DNA of 64,000 nt, from positions 2,944,001-3,008,000 of the forward strand of contig OZ220089.1 of NCBI GenBank assembly GCA_964291625.2, read 5' to 3'. This DNA is from Candidatus Latescibacterota bacterium. GTDB lineage: Bacteria > Latescibacterota > UBA2968 > UBA8231. The stretch's first letter is position 1, and the number at the start of each line of letters is the position of its first letter. The notes beneath the pieces were generated by a model. That model searched no databases. It saw only the letters and a program-made list of their open reading frames with translations, and was not told the origin of the DNA. The position numbers and the translations under genes are program-made. Positions 54,544 through 63,665 of the stretch are shown piece after piece.

Positions 54544-55872
54544 ATGTTCGTCGAAGGCTACACCGATCAGCTGAGCTACCGCGCCGGCGACACGGTGCGG
54601 TTTCACGTGTCGACCAGCGCGGGGACGTACTCGCTGGAGGTGGCGCGGATCGGCGCCGCCCGCGAGGTGGTGTGGCACCAGGACTCGCTGCCGGGAGCGA
54701 GCCACCCGGTGCCGGAAGACGCCTCCTCCCACGGCTGCCGCTGGCCGGTCTCCCACTCCCTCGAAGTACCCGCCGCCTGGCGGAGCGGTTACTACGAGTT
54801 CGTCCTGCGCGCCGGGGACCACGGGGGCGAGTTCGTGCGCCGGGGGCGGCGCACCGCCGAGAGCCGGGGTTTCTTCATCATCCGTCCCGCGGGCCCCACG
54901 GATTCCCGCATCCTGCTGCAGCTGGCCACCAACACCTACGCCGCCTACAACAACTGGGGCGGGTACAGCCTCTACGCCTATCACGGCCGCGGCGGCCTGC
55001 AGGGGCACCGCGTCTCCTTCGACCGTCCCATGGCGGGCCTCTTCGACCGCTGGGAGCGGGACTTCGTCGAGTGGGCCGAGGCCGCCGGGTACGCCGTCGA
55101 CTACTGCGCCAACTCCGACCTCGAGCACCATCCCGAACTGCTGGACCACTACCGCCTCGTGCTCAGCGTGGGCCACGACGAGTACTGGTCCGGACCGATG
55201 CGCGACCACCTCGAGGCGTTCATCGCCGCCGGCGGCAACGCCGCCTTCCTCAGCGGCAACTCCGTCTGCTGGCAGGTCCGCGGCGAGGACGAGGGCCGCG
55301 CCCTGGTCTGCTGGAAGCAGTGGTTCAACATGGACCCCGCCTGGGCCGCCGGCGACCACGCCAACCTCTCCACCCTGTGGAGCCACCACCTCGTGGGGCG
55401 GCCCGAGAGCACGCTGACCGGCGTCGGCTTCCTCTACGGGGGCTATCACCTGAGCCACGGGCAGTACATGGACGGCTCCGGCGCCTTCACGGTCCATCGC
55501 CCGGAGCACTGGGTCCTCGCGGGCACGGGCCTGCAACGGGGCGACAGCTTCGGGGGCGGGCACACCATCGTCGGCTACGAGTGCGACGGCTGCGAGTTCG
55601 AGTTGAAGGACGGCCTGCCCGTTCCGAAGGGGACCCACGGCACGCCGGCGGACTTCACGATCCTGTGCACCGCGCCGGCGCGGTGGCACCCCGGCGACAG
55701 CGAGTGGTACGAGCGCTGGGAGAAGGGCCGGGAGGGCGCCGCGGTCATGGGACTGTACACCCGCGGCGGCACGGTCTTCACCGCCGGGACGACCGACTGG
55801 TCCCACGGGCTCAAGGGAGACCCGGTGGTGGACCGGATCACCCGCAATGTACTGGACCGGCTGAGCCGGTAG
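54544..55872 (+). CDS. N,N-dimethylformamidase beta-subunit-like protein
   Basis: TNTYAAYNNWGGYSLY, VSFDRP, LSVGHDEYWS, GGNAAFLSGN, VGYECDG, VFTAGTTDW. Confidence 0.85.
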   Translation: MFVEGYTDQLSYRAGDTVRFHVSTSAGTYSLEVARIGAAREVVWHQDSLPGASHPVPEDASSHGCRWPVSHSLEVPAAWRSGYYEFVLRAGDHGGEFVRRGRRTAESRGFFIIRPAGPTDSRILLQLATNTYAAYNNWGGYSLYAYHGRGGLQGHRVSFDRPMAGLFDRWERDFVEWAEAAGYAVDYCANSDLEHHPELLDHYRLVLSVGHDEYWSGPMRDHLEAFIAAGGNAAFLSGNSVCWQVRGEDEGRALVCWKQWFNMDPAWAAGDHANLSTLWSHHLVGRPESTLTGVGFLYGGYHLSHGQYMDGSGAFTVHRPEHWVLAGTGLQRGDSFGGGHTIVGYECDGCEFELKDGLPVPKGTHGTPADFTILCTAPARWHPGDSEWYERWEKGREGAAVMGLYTRGGTVFTAGTTDWSHGLKGDPVVDRITRNVLDRLSR

Positions 55873-55885
55873 TCGCGGGGCGGCG

Positions 55886-56689
55886 CTACAGCAGGTCCCT
55901 GGAGCGGAACCGCCACCAGGCCAGCAGCAGGAAGATGACGGTCACGTCCAGGGCATACAGGGTGAGGATGGAGATCTCCTCCAGGCCGATCATCCGTCTC
56001 TGCCAGAACAGGGTGAACAGGTTGAAGCGGTCGTAGCTCGGCAGGATGTAGTAGAGCGGGTTGGGAGGCGAGAAGTAGGTGGCGGAGGCGAAGAAGGCCG
56101 CCACTCCGGCGATGGCGGGATGGACCAGCAGCGACAGCAGGAGGGCGGCGGAACCGACCATGAGGTTCTGGCAGAGCATGAGCCACGGGGCATAGGCGAG
56201 GGCCAGCTTCAGGTCCAGACCGTGGCCCCAGGAGTAGACGGCGAAGGCGGCGGCGGAGAGCACCGACCAGGCGAGCATCACCGCCGCGGCGCCGCAGAAA
56301 CGTCCCAGGAGAAACTGCGTTCGAGAGACCGGACGGGACAGGATCATGCGGATCGTGCCGCGGCGGAGGTCCCCGGCCACCGCGGTGCTGCATATGAACA
56401 CGGTCAGCAGAGAGCCGGCGAGGGCCGTGAACCAGCAGAATCCGCCCAGGACCATGGTTCCCATCGACTCCATCCCCTGGCGCATCTGCTCCAGCTGGGC
56501 CTCGTCCAGCTCGCCCTCGTTCGCCTCGGAAGCCCTCTCCGGACCCTGGACCACCATGTCCCTCCCGTAGGTGGTGACCACCGAGACGGCCGCACTCAGG
56601 CCCAGCGTGCCGAGGACGAGGACCACCAGCAGGCGCTGGTGGAGCAGGTTGCGAAGGCTGTCGCCGGCGATCAGGAGGGTTGGGCTCAT
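55886..56689 (-). CDS. ABC-2 type transporter permease
   Basis: GTIRMILSRPVSRTQFLLGRF; ~6 TM; start set at ATG 56689 overlapping ATPase stop. Confidence 0.85.
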   Translation of the reverse strand: MSPTLLIAGDSLRNLLHQRLLVVLVLGTLGLSAAVSVVTTYGRDMVVQGPERASEANEGELDEAQLEQMRQGMESMGTMVLGGFCWFTALAGSLLTVFICSTAVAGDLRRGTIRMILSRPVSRTQFLLGRFCGAAAVMLAWSVLSAAAFAVYSWGHGLDLKLALAYAPWLMLCQNLMVGSAALLLSLLVHPAIAGVAAFFASATYFSPPNPLYYILPSYDRFNLFTLFWQRRMIGLEEISILTLYALDVTVIFLLLAWWRFRSRDLL

Positions 56690-57600
56690 TCGTTCTCCTG
56701 CCCTTCGATGGCGCCGAAGAAGATCTCCTCCAGCGACTGGCTTCGCGTCTCCACCTGATCGGCCTCGACGCCGAACCGCTCGAGCACCTCCTCCACCTCC
56801 TCCAGAACCCTGCGGTCCGGGCACGAGATCGTCGACGCTTCACCCTCCACCGTCAGTCCCGCCCCGGCCGCGGCCAACGCCTCCATGGCGCTCCCCGGCA
56901 GGTCCCTCGCCCGGACCACGAACCCTGCCGACTCGGCGGAGAGCTCCTCCAGGGTGCCGGCCCGCTTCAGCTCCCCCTGCTGCAGGATGGCCACGCGGTC
57001 GCACACCGACTCCACCTCGGAGAGGATGTGGGAGCAGATGAAGACGGTCGTCCCCCGGGCTTTGAGGTCGAGCACGATGTCCCGGAAGTCGCGCCGGGCC
57101 ACGGGATCGAGGTTCGACGTGGGCTCGTCGAGGATCAGCAGCTCGGGGTCGTTGAGCAGCGCCTGCCCCAGCCCCAGGCGCTGCAGCATGCCCTGGGAGT
57201 ACTCGGAGATCTTCCGCTCGGCGGCCTCCGCCAGTCCCACCGTCTCCAGCCGTTCCATCGCCTGCCGCGACGAGTCCTCCGCCGCCATGCCCAGCAGGCC
57301 GCCGTGGAACTCGAGCAGCCCCCGTCCGCTGTAGTAGCCCGGCAGGTCCACCGACTCCGGCAGGTATCCGAGCCTCTGTCTCGCCTCGGTGCAGGTGACG
57401 GGTCTGTCGAAGACGAAGGCGGTCCCCGTGCCGGGGCGGATGAAGTTCAGCAGCAACTGGATGGTGGTGGACTTGCCGGCGCCGTTGGGACCGAGGAAGC
57501 CGAAGACCTCGCCGGCCTGCACTTCCAGGTTCAGTCCGCGCAGGGCGACGGTGCCGCCCTTGTAGGTCTTGCCGAGGTCCTCGGTGCGGATGACGGCCAT
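56686..57600 (-). CDS. ABC transporter ATP-binding protein
   Basis: GPNGAGKST, YSQGMLQR, LILDEPT, SHIL. Confidence 0.95.
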   Translation of the reverse strand: MAVIRTEDLGKTYKGGTVALRGLNLEVQAGEVFGFLGPNGAGKSTTIQLLLNFIRPGTGTAFVFDRPVTCTEARQRLGYLPESVDLPGYYSGRGLLEFHGGLLGMAAEDSSRQAMERLETVGLAEAAERKISEYSQGMLQRLGLGQALLNDPELLILDEPTSNLDPVARRDFRDIVLDLKARGTTVFICSHILSEVESVCDRVAILQQGELKRAGTLEELSAESAGFVVRARDLPGSAMEALAAAGAGLTVEGEASTISCPDRRVLEEVEEVLERFGVEADQVETRSQSLEEIFFGAIEGQENE

Positions 57601-57612
57601 GGGCGGGAGGCT

Positions 57613-58173
57613 CTACTGGGCCAGCGGCTCGAGCAGCTGCCGCAAGTCGTCCTCCATGCCCGGACCGTACCCGACCTGGATCGACTCCACGAGACCCTCC
57701 CGGTTGACCACGACCTGGGCCGGGATGCCGCCGACGCCGAAGAGGGCGCCGATGACGAAGTCCTGGTCCGCCACCACGGGGAAGGTGTAGCCGTTCTGGT
57801 CGAGGAACTCCCGCACTTGCTCCGGGTCCTCGCCCAGGTTGACGGCCAGGATCTCCACGCCCCGTCCGCCGAACTCCTCGTGGACCTCCTGCAGCCCCGG
57901 CATGGCCAGCAGGCAGGGGCCGCACCAGGTGGCCCAGAAGTCGAGGACCACCACCTTGCGCCCCCGGAACTCGGAGAGCACGATCGGCCTCCCCGTCAGG
58001 TCCGCCGCCGAGAAGTCGGGCGCCTCGCTGCCCTCCCGGAGGTCTCCGAGCTGGCCCGAGACGGGGGATCCGGCGCCGACTCCCTCGATCTTGACCTGGT
58101 GGTGGATCGCCGCGGTGCCGATGGCGAGGAGGACTCCGAGCACGATCCACATCACGGACCTTCCATCCCCCAT
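57613..58173 (-). CDS. TlpA/ResA-like thiol-disulfide oxidoreductase
   Basis: N-terminal TM; APDF, LDFWATWCGPC, GIP. Confidence 0.9.
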   Translation of the reverse strand: MGDGRSVMWIVLGVLLAIGTAAIHHQVKIEGVGAGSPVSGQLGDLREGSEAPDFSAADLTGRPIVLSEFRGRKVVVLDFWATWCGPCLLAMPGLQEVHEEFGGRGVEILAVNLGEDPEQVREFLDQNGYTFPVVADQDFVIGALFGVGGIPAQVVVNREGLVESIQVGYGPGMEDDLRQLLEPLAQ

Positions 58174-58174
58174 C

Positions 58175-60640
58175 TCACGATCTCATCTTCCGGCCTTCGG
58201 GGTCGTAGAGAGGCTCCCTGGCGACCGTCGCCGCCAGGCGCTCCCCGAAGTATAGCACCTCCACCTTCGTCCCGACCTTGCAGAACTCGACCGGCAGGTA
58301 GCCGCAGACGATGCCGCGGCCGATGGAGTGGCCGTAGTTGGCGCTGGTCACGTAGCCGAGGACGTCGCCGCCGTGGAGGATCGGCTCCTTGCCGACGACC
58401 ACCGCCGAGGGGTCGTCCAGGGTCATGCAGCACAGCCGCCGTTCCACCCCCCGGGCGCGGACCCGCCGCAGCGCCTCCCGGCCGGTGAAGTCGCCCTTCC
58501 CCATGCTCACCGCGAAGCCGAGGCCCGCCTCGAAGGGGTTGTGCTCGGTGTGGATCTCCTGGCCCCAGAGGCGGTGGCCCTTCTCCAGGCGCAGCGAGTC
58601 GAAGGCGCCGCCGCCGGCGGCGATCACCCCGAGGGGCTGACCCGCCCGCCAGAGGATGTCCCAGAGCCGCGGGCCCTGCTCGAAAGGGGCGTAGATCTCC
58701 CAGCCGAGCTCGCCCACGTAGGAGATCCGCAGGGCGAGAGCGGGGATCTCGGCGATGGTCAGCCGCCGGGCGCCCAGGTACGGGAACGCCTCGTCGCCCA
58801 GGTCCTCCCCGCAGAGGCGGCTCAGCAGGCCGCGCGCCCGCGGCCCCCACAGGCCGATGCAGCAGTACGCCGCCGAGACGTCCTCCACCCGGGCCGAGCC
58901 GTCCCCCGGCAGGTGGGCCTCGATCCAGCCGAGGTCGTGGAGACCCATGGCGCCGCCGGTGATCACCAGGAAGCGCTCCTCCTCCAGGCGCGTCACCGTC
59001 AGATCGCACTTGATGCCGCCCCGGGGCGTGAGCATGGCCGTGTAGGTGACGGCGCCGGCCGGCCGGTCCACCTGGTTGGCGGCGAGGCGTTGAAGCGCCC
59101 GCAGCGCGCCCGGACCGGTCACCTCGAACTTGGCGAAGGGGGTCAGGTCGAAGAGGGCCGCCCGCTCCCGCGTGGCCACATGCTCGGCGGCCACCACCGG
59201 CGACCACCCCACCGCCTCCCAGCCGGACCGCCGCTCACCCGTCACCTCCAGCGATTCGAGCAGGCCGGCGTTCGACTCGTACCACTGGGGCCGCTCCCAT
59301 CCCGCGCTCTCGAAGAACACGGCCCCCAGCTCGCGCTGGCGGGCGTGGAAGGGCGTCAACCGCAGATCCCGGGGGCTGGCGATCTGCTGCCGCGGGTGGA
59401 TGATGTCGTAGACCTCGCGGTACTGCTGGGCCGCCCGGGCCCGCACGTAGGGGCGCGTATGCGCGTGGGGGTGGAAGCGGCGGATGTCGCACTCCCGCAG
59501 GTCGACGCCCGGCTCGCCGTGGACCAGCCACTCCGCCACCGCCTGGCCGACGCCCCCGGCGTGGGTGATCCACACCGCCTGGGCCGACCAGAACCCCCGC
59601 AGCTGGGGCGACTCCCCGAGGACGGGGAAGCCGTCGGTGGTGAAGGAGAACAGGCCGTTGAGCCGGCGGGTCAGCTCCGCGCCCCTCAGGCAGGGGAGGA
59701 TCTCGCCCGCCGCCGCCAGGCCCTTCTCGAAGTGCCGGGCCGGGAAGGGCCTCTCGGCGGGCGGCAAGGAGGTCTCCCCGTGGGCGGGGATGTCGCCGGC
59801 GTCGACGAGGAGCGGCTCGTGCTGGTAGGAGCCGATGCCGTAGCACTCCCCCACCTGTCGGAAGTACATCTCCTCGTCCTGGTGGCGCAGGATCGGCTGC
59901 GACACCTCCTCGACCGCGCCGGCCAGCTCCGGCAGCGGCGCCGTGACGGCGTAGAGATGCTGCATCGGCGACAGCGGGATCGGGACCCCGGCCATCCCGC
60001 CGAGCTTCGGCGCCCAGATCCCGGCGGCGGCGACGACCACGTCGGTGCGGATCTCACCATGGCTGGTATGGACGGCGGTGATCCCCCCGCCGGAGAGGCC
60101 GAAGCCGGTGACCGTCACCCCGCCGTGGAAGGAAGCCCCGCTGCGCTGCGCCTCCCGCGCCATCGCCTCGCCCGGCCGGGTGGCCCGGGTCTGGATGTCG
60201 GAAGGCACGTGGAGCGCCCCGAGGATGCGGTCCGAGAGCATGGGGATCAGCTCGCGGGTCTCGCCCGGGTCGAGCAGATGGGACTCGAGGCCCCAGCTCG
60301 CGGCGTAGCCGTGCCGGCGCTTGAGGTCCGTGAGCCGCTCGGGGGTCCACGCCACCTCCAGGCTGCCCACGCTCCGGGCGCAGGGCTCGCCGTCCAGCTC
60401 GAGGCGGGTGAAGAGGTCCACCGTGCGGCGGGCGAAGGCGGTCATCGTCTTCGAGGGGTTGACCTGGAAGACGAGGCCCGGCGCGTGGGAGGTGGAGCCG
60501 CCGGTCTCGAACAGCGGCCCCTGGTCGAGGACGACCACGTCCCGCCACCCGAGCCGGGTCAGGTGGTACGCCACGCTGCACCCGGCGATGCCGGCGCCGA
60601 CGACGACGGTCCGGGCGTGGGTCGGGAGGGGGGTGGGCAT
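58175..60640 (-). CDS. FAD-dependent oxidoreductase with GcvT domain (dimethylglycine/sarcosine dehydrogenase-like)
   Basis: VVGAGIAG, GGSTSHAPG, FSFTTDG, GWERPQW, LFDLTPF, ISYVGELGWEIY, SLRLEKG, GYVTSANYG. Confidence 0.93.
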   Translation of the reverse strand: MPTPLPTHARTVVVGAGIAGCSVAYHLTRLGWRDVVVLDQGPLFETGGSTSHAPGLVFQVNPSKTMTAFARRTVDLFTRLELDGEPCARSVGSLEVAWTPERLTDLKRRHGYAASWGLESHLLDPGETRELIPMLSDRILGALHVPSDIQTRATRPGEAMAREAQRSGASFHGGVTVTGFGLSGGGITAVHTSHGEIRTDVVVAAAGIWAPKLGGMAGVPIPLSPMQHLYAVTAPLPELAGAVEEVSQPILRHQDEEMYFRQVGECYGIGSYQHEPLLVDAGDIPAHGETSLPPAERPFPARHFEKGLAAAGEILPCLRGAELTRRLNGLFSFTTDGFPVLGESPQLRGFWSAQAVWITHAGGVGQAVAEWLVHGEPGVDLRECDIRRFHPHAHTRPYVRARAAQQYREVYDIIHPRQQIASPRDLRLTPFHARQRELGAVFFESAGWERPQWYESNAGLLESLEVTGERRSGWEAVGWSPVVAAEHVATRERAALFDLTPFAKFEVTGPGALRALQRLAANQVDRPAGAVTYTAMLTPRGGIKCDLTVTRLEEERFLVITGGAMGLHDLGWIEAHLPGDGSARVEDVSAAYCCIGLWGPRARGLLSRLCGEDLGDEAFPYLGARRLTIAEIPALALRISYVGELGWEIYAPFEQGPRLWDILWRAGQPLGVIAAGGGAFDSLRLEKGHRLWGQEIHTEHNPFEAGLGFAVSMGKGDFTGREALRRVRARGVERRLCCMTLDDPSAVVVGKEPILHGGDVLGYVTSANYGHSIGRGIVCGYLPVEFCKVGTKVEVLYFGERLAATVAREPLYDPEGRKMRS

Positions 60641-60723
60641 GTGTCCTGCCCTTAGAAGGCTTCGCGGGCGGCCACCCGGAGCCCCTAGAGCGGCCGGTGA
60701 CTATCCAAATTTGCGCGGGAAGT

Positions 60724-62091
60724 TCAGGAGGGGTAATCCAGCACGTGGGCCCACTTCGCCAAGTGACCGGCTTCTCCACGAAGAGAGGGTTGCACACCCC
60801 AGACTTGACCTGCCCGCCGAAGACGGCCAATGAGGGAGGCGAGGTCCGTTTTCCGGATATCGTCGCGTTCACGCAGGCGTGCCAGCAAGAAATGGAATCG
60901 GCACCTCTTGGCTGCGGCTGGAGTTTGGGATTGGCGTGCAGCGGTCGGCCTAGAGAAGTGCATATCGCCAAATGAAGAGAAGTCGTCGAGAGAGGTGGAC
61001 ACAATACCCTTACAGACAGAGCAGTCGCAGACCTTGGCATGGAAATCACTAGGGCTTCTAATCCCCAATGCGTCGAATGCCCGCTCGATCGCTGGCACAC
61101 CTAAACGTCTGGCCAATGGAGGAAGGTAATACCGCACCATCGGGATCGACTGTCCGATAACCGGGACTACGTTCTTCTGCTCACCGTAGCCTATGCCGTG
61201 ACTTACGCCAGTCATACCCCACTTGCTAAGCAACAAACTGAACAGACCGCCATGCATGGCATGAACCTCCAATCTGTCGGAGAGCGTCTGGACAAGCCTC
61301 CTGTAGGACCTCAAGGTACTCTCGTCAGCCGAGTCTTCATAGAATCCGCTGAACCAAAGCCACACTCCTGACACTCCCGTGTCCGGAATCTCCTGAGTCA
61401 GGCGATCCACCGTGACCGAGTCAGAAAGATGACTCGAGTCCGCGCAGAGAACTCCGTGCACAGGAACATCTGCCCCAAGATCAAGGGTGGCGGTTGTCCT
61501 CATCAGGTCCAGGTTAGCCCTCAGCCAATCAGTAGAGCTACTTGGCTCGATATAGAAGTAAGGAGCGAATATCGCGGCCGGCAGGGGCGCACCACTCAGG
61601 TAGTCCCTTAGCTCCTCGTCCTTCTCCAATTCCCCAACCATCCGGGTCAGCTGATAACGGGCCACACTCTCGCAGAAAGAAGCTTGAGCAGAGCCGATGA
61701 GCGAATTTGGCGATACAGCTCTGCTGTTCGCGACAGCTTCTGTGAGGGGTCCCTGCAACTCCTCTGCAAGCCTGCGATACGACCGCTTGAAATCCCGAAC
61801 TTTTCCCCCAGACTTCCGGGTTTGATCAGACTTAATCCAATCGAGGTCATGCCGTACTGTTCCGATCATCGGGTCGACGTAGGCACCATATGCATACGTC
61901 ATTGGATCAACGTATAGGCGCGTACTCTTGGTACCCACCCTTAGCAAGAGGCTTGCTGTTGCCCCCGGGGTTGCCTCAAAAAGATTAGCTCCAACAATGA
62001 GCCCATCCAAGAAGCGCTCCAGTTTGACCACATATTCCTTCTCTGCGTGGCTCCCTAGGCGAATCACAACTTGTGGGGAGATAGAAGTCAT
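60724..62091 (-). CDS. Hypothetical TIM-barrel-like protein with TGT-type CxCxxC...H zinc site
   Basis: YVDPMTY, IFAPYF, HGG, VRYYLP, CDCSVC..FHFL..RLRE; lower GC; 2 nt from upstream stop. Confidence 0.6.
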   Translation of the reverse strand: MTSISPQVVIRLGSHAEKEYVVKLERFLDGLIVGANLFEATPGATASLLLRVGTKSTRLYVDPMTYAYGAYVDPMIGTVRHDLDWIKSDQTRKSGGKVRDFKRSYRRLAEELQGPLTEAVANSRAVSPNSLIGSAQASFCESVARYQLTRMVGELEKDEELRDYLSGAPLPAAIFAPYFYIEPSSSTDWLRANLDLMRTTATLDLGADVPVHGVLCADSSHLSDSVTVDRLTQEIPDTGVSGVWLWFSGFYEDSADESTLRSYRRLVQTLSDRLEVHAMHGGLFSLLLSKWGMTGVSHGIGYGEQKNVVPVIGQSIPMVRYYLPPLARRLGVPAIERAFDALGIRSPSDFHAKVCDCSVCKGIVSTSLDDFSSFGDMHFSRPTAARQSQTPAAAKRCRFHFLLARLRERDDIRKTDLASLIGRLRRAGQVWGVQPSLRGEAGHLAKWAHVLDYPS

Positions 62092-62093
62092 AC

Positions 62094-62522
62094 TTAGGGG
62101 TCCTTAGACATAAGGGACAAGTAGTGCTCACGATAGTGCCGTCTCAGGACGGAAGAAGGACGTGCAGGAAGGACTTCCCGACAGCGCGTTGCTTGCACAG
62201 CAAGCAGGCCTAGGCCGTATTCGTCCAAGAGTCCTTGCTCCACAACCCGCGTCACATCTGCAGGCACCGCTATGTAGACGAGATCGGAGCAGAGTTGGTA
62301 TAGTAGTGCCTGTTCAAACGCACGGGCCCATTTCTTGAGTTTGAGCTCCACTGCTATAGTTCGGTCGGTTTGGGATGAATAGCCATACATGTCAATTCGG
62401 TACTCAAAGAAGGGAACTTCTGTTCTTTGTAAGCGAAATGTCCGGTTGCGGAGATACCGAGCCACCAACAGAACAAGATCCTGTTCGCGGCTAAAGTTCT
62501 GGATTGCGAGTCTGGTGGTCAT
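62094..62522 (-). CDS. Small PD-(D/E)xK nuclease-fold protein (MmcB/sce7726-like)
   Basis: REQDL, EVP..RIDM, IAVELK, QA..YQ..SDLVYIAVP, GLGLL pattern. Confidence 0.65.
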   Translation of the reverse strand: MTTRLAIQNFSREQDLVLLVARYLRNRTFRLQRTEVPFFEYRIDMYGYSSQTDRTIAVELKLKKWARAFEQALLYQLCSDLVYIAVPADVTRVVEQGLLDEYGLGLLAVQATRCREVLPARPSSVLRRHYREHYLSLMSKDP

Positions 62523-63093
62523 GAATTACATCACTCTGTCGGAGGAGGACAGCATTGCAGGAAAAGAAAGTCACAATCAGCAGTGCAGTAGGAATGAGGG
62601 ACCATTGGAGAGCAGGTTCAGGGATCGTGATGCCTTGGATCGTACGGAAGACACCAAGAAGTCCGAGACAGGTGGCCTCCCAGAGGCTCAAGCATAGGAC
62701 GTTCCAGCTCAACAGTCGGGCCCAAAGAGACCAGCGAAGGCGAGCTCGATAGACTTGGTTATAGTCGGCAAGGGCGTTGATGTCCGAGTGCACAAATTGG
62801 TGAATGGCCTCGCGGAATGCATCGCTGCGGACAGGATCAACGGGACGCTCGGTGTAAGACTCTGGCGAGACGATTCGAGGCACACCCTGTGCTCGCTGAA
62901 TGACGGGGGCGAGCTGCTCTTCCATTGCTGTTGCAACTCTCCGCATCATTCGGTCAAGGATCTGATCGGTATCACCAATAGTTCTCTTAAAGGGAGCGGT
63001 GCGGTCGCTGTAGCGATAGAGCCCAGCTAGAGAGAGAGGTAGGAGAAGCCCATGGACACTCAGGACCCAAGCGAAGAGGTCTTGCTGCATCAC
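62491..63093 (-). CDS. Hypothetical membrane protein (1 N-terminal + 2 C-terminal TM)
   Basis: Hydrophobic segments LFAWVLSVHGLLLPLSLAGLY, LLSWNVLCLSLWEATCLGLLGVF, WSLIPTALLIVTFFSCNAVLL; overlaps both neighbours. Confidence 0.6.
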   Translation of the reverse strand: MMQQDLFAWVLSVHGLLLPLSLAGLYRYSDRTAPFKRTIGDTDQILDRMMRRVATAMEEQLAPVIQRAQGVPRIVSPESYTERPVDPVRSDAFREAIHQFVHSDINALADYNQVYRARLRWSLWARLLSWNVLCLSLWEATCLGLLGVFRTIQGITIPEPALQWSLIPTALLIVTFFSCNAVLLRQSDVIHDHQTRNPEL

Positions 63094-63665
63094 CGGTTGC
63101 GTCGACCCAGAACGGCGTCGATGATTTCAGACTCGGTGGTCATATCGGGGAACTTACGGTACACATGGCGCAAAAGGTCACGAAGTGAGTGGCCGCTGTA
63201 TTTCGATTTGACTCGCCGGATACCATCGACAGCCTGAGCGAACTCAGGATTGCTGAGTAGTCTCTCGACACGTTCCTTGCCTTTGGCCGTTAAGGTAAAG
63301 CGACGTTCCTCGAAGGAATCGGCTCTGGGCTCTCCGACCCCTAGTTCATCAAAACCTCCCATCAAGTCCTCGAAACTGAGTCTGCGAATGTCCGTACTCT
63401 CGGTTAGAGTCGACTCAGCACCTCCCTCGGCTCGAATGAGGCCAAGGTTTTCCAATAGCTCAAGATCATCGTAGAGAGTCGGCGAGTATGGACCAGCTTT
63501 GTAAGGTTCGAAGCCGAAACCCGGTGCACCGGGGCGTATGTTCTCCTCCCGATCCAAGAGAAAGAGATACTTCTGGAGACGGGTGATCCCACTTACTGTG
63601 CCCGAGCGCTTGGGGTCTTCGTCAAGGCCGACCAATAGGAGCAGCAATTCCCTATTGCTGATCAT
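63090..63665 (-). CDS. SocA/Panacea (DUF4065) / YwgA-like winged-helix protein
   Basis: GITRLQKYLFLL, FEPYKAGPYS..LYDDL..LENLGLI, FTLTAKG, LLRHVYRKFP; GGGAGG RBS. Confidence 0.7.
   Translation of the reverse strand: MISNRELLLLLVGLDEDPKRSGTVSGITRLQKYLFLLDREENIRPGAPGFGFEPYKAGPYSPTLYDDLELLENLGLIRAEGGAESTLTESTDIRRLSFEDLMGGFDELGVGEPRADSFEERRFTLTAKGKERVERLLSNPEFAQAVDGIRRVKSKYSGHSLRDLLRHVYRKFPDMTTESEIIDAVLGRRNR

Noticed and set aside
952-60655. Many long overlapping ORFs on opposite strands or alternate frames (e.g. 952-3291, 17060-20359, 27139-30243, 37198-40020, 58328-60655)
   Set aside because: Shadow ORFs expected at high GC; Arg/Pro/Gly-rich or antisense to genes with clear family motifs
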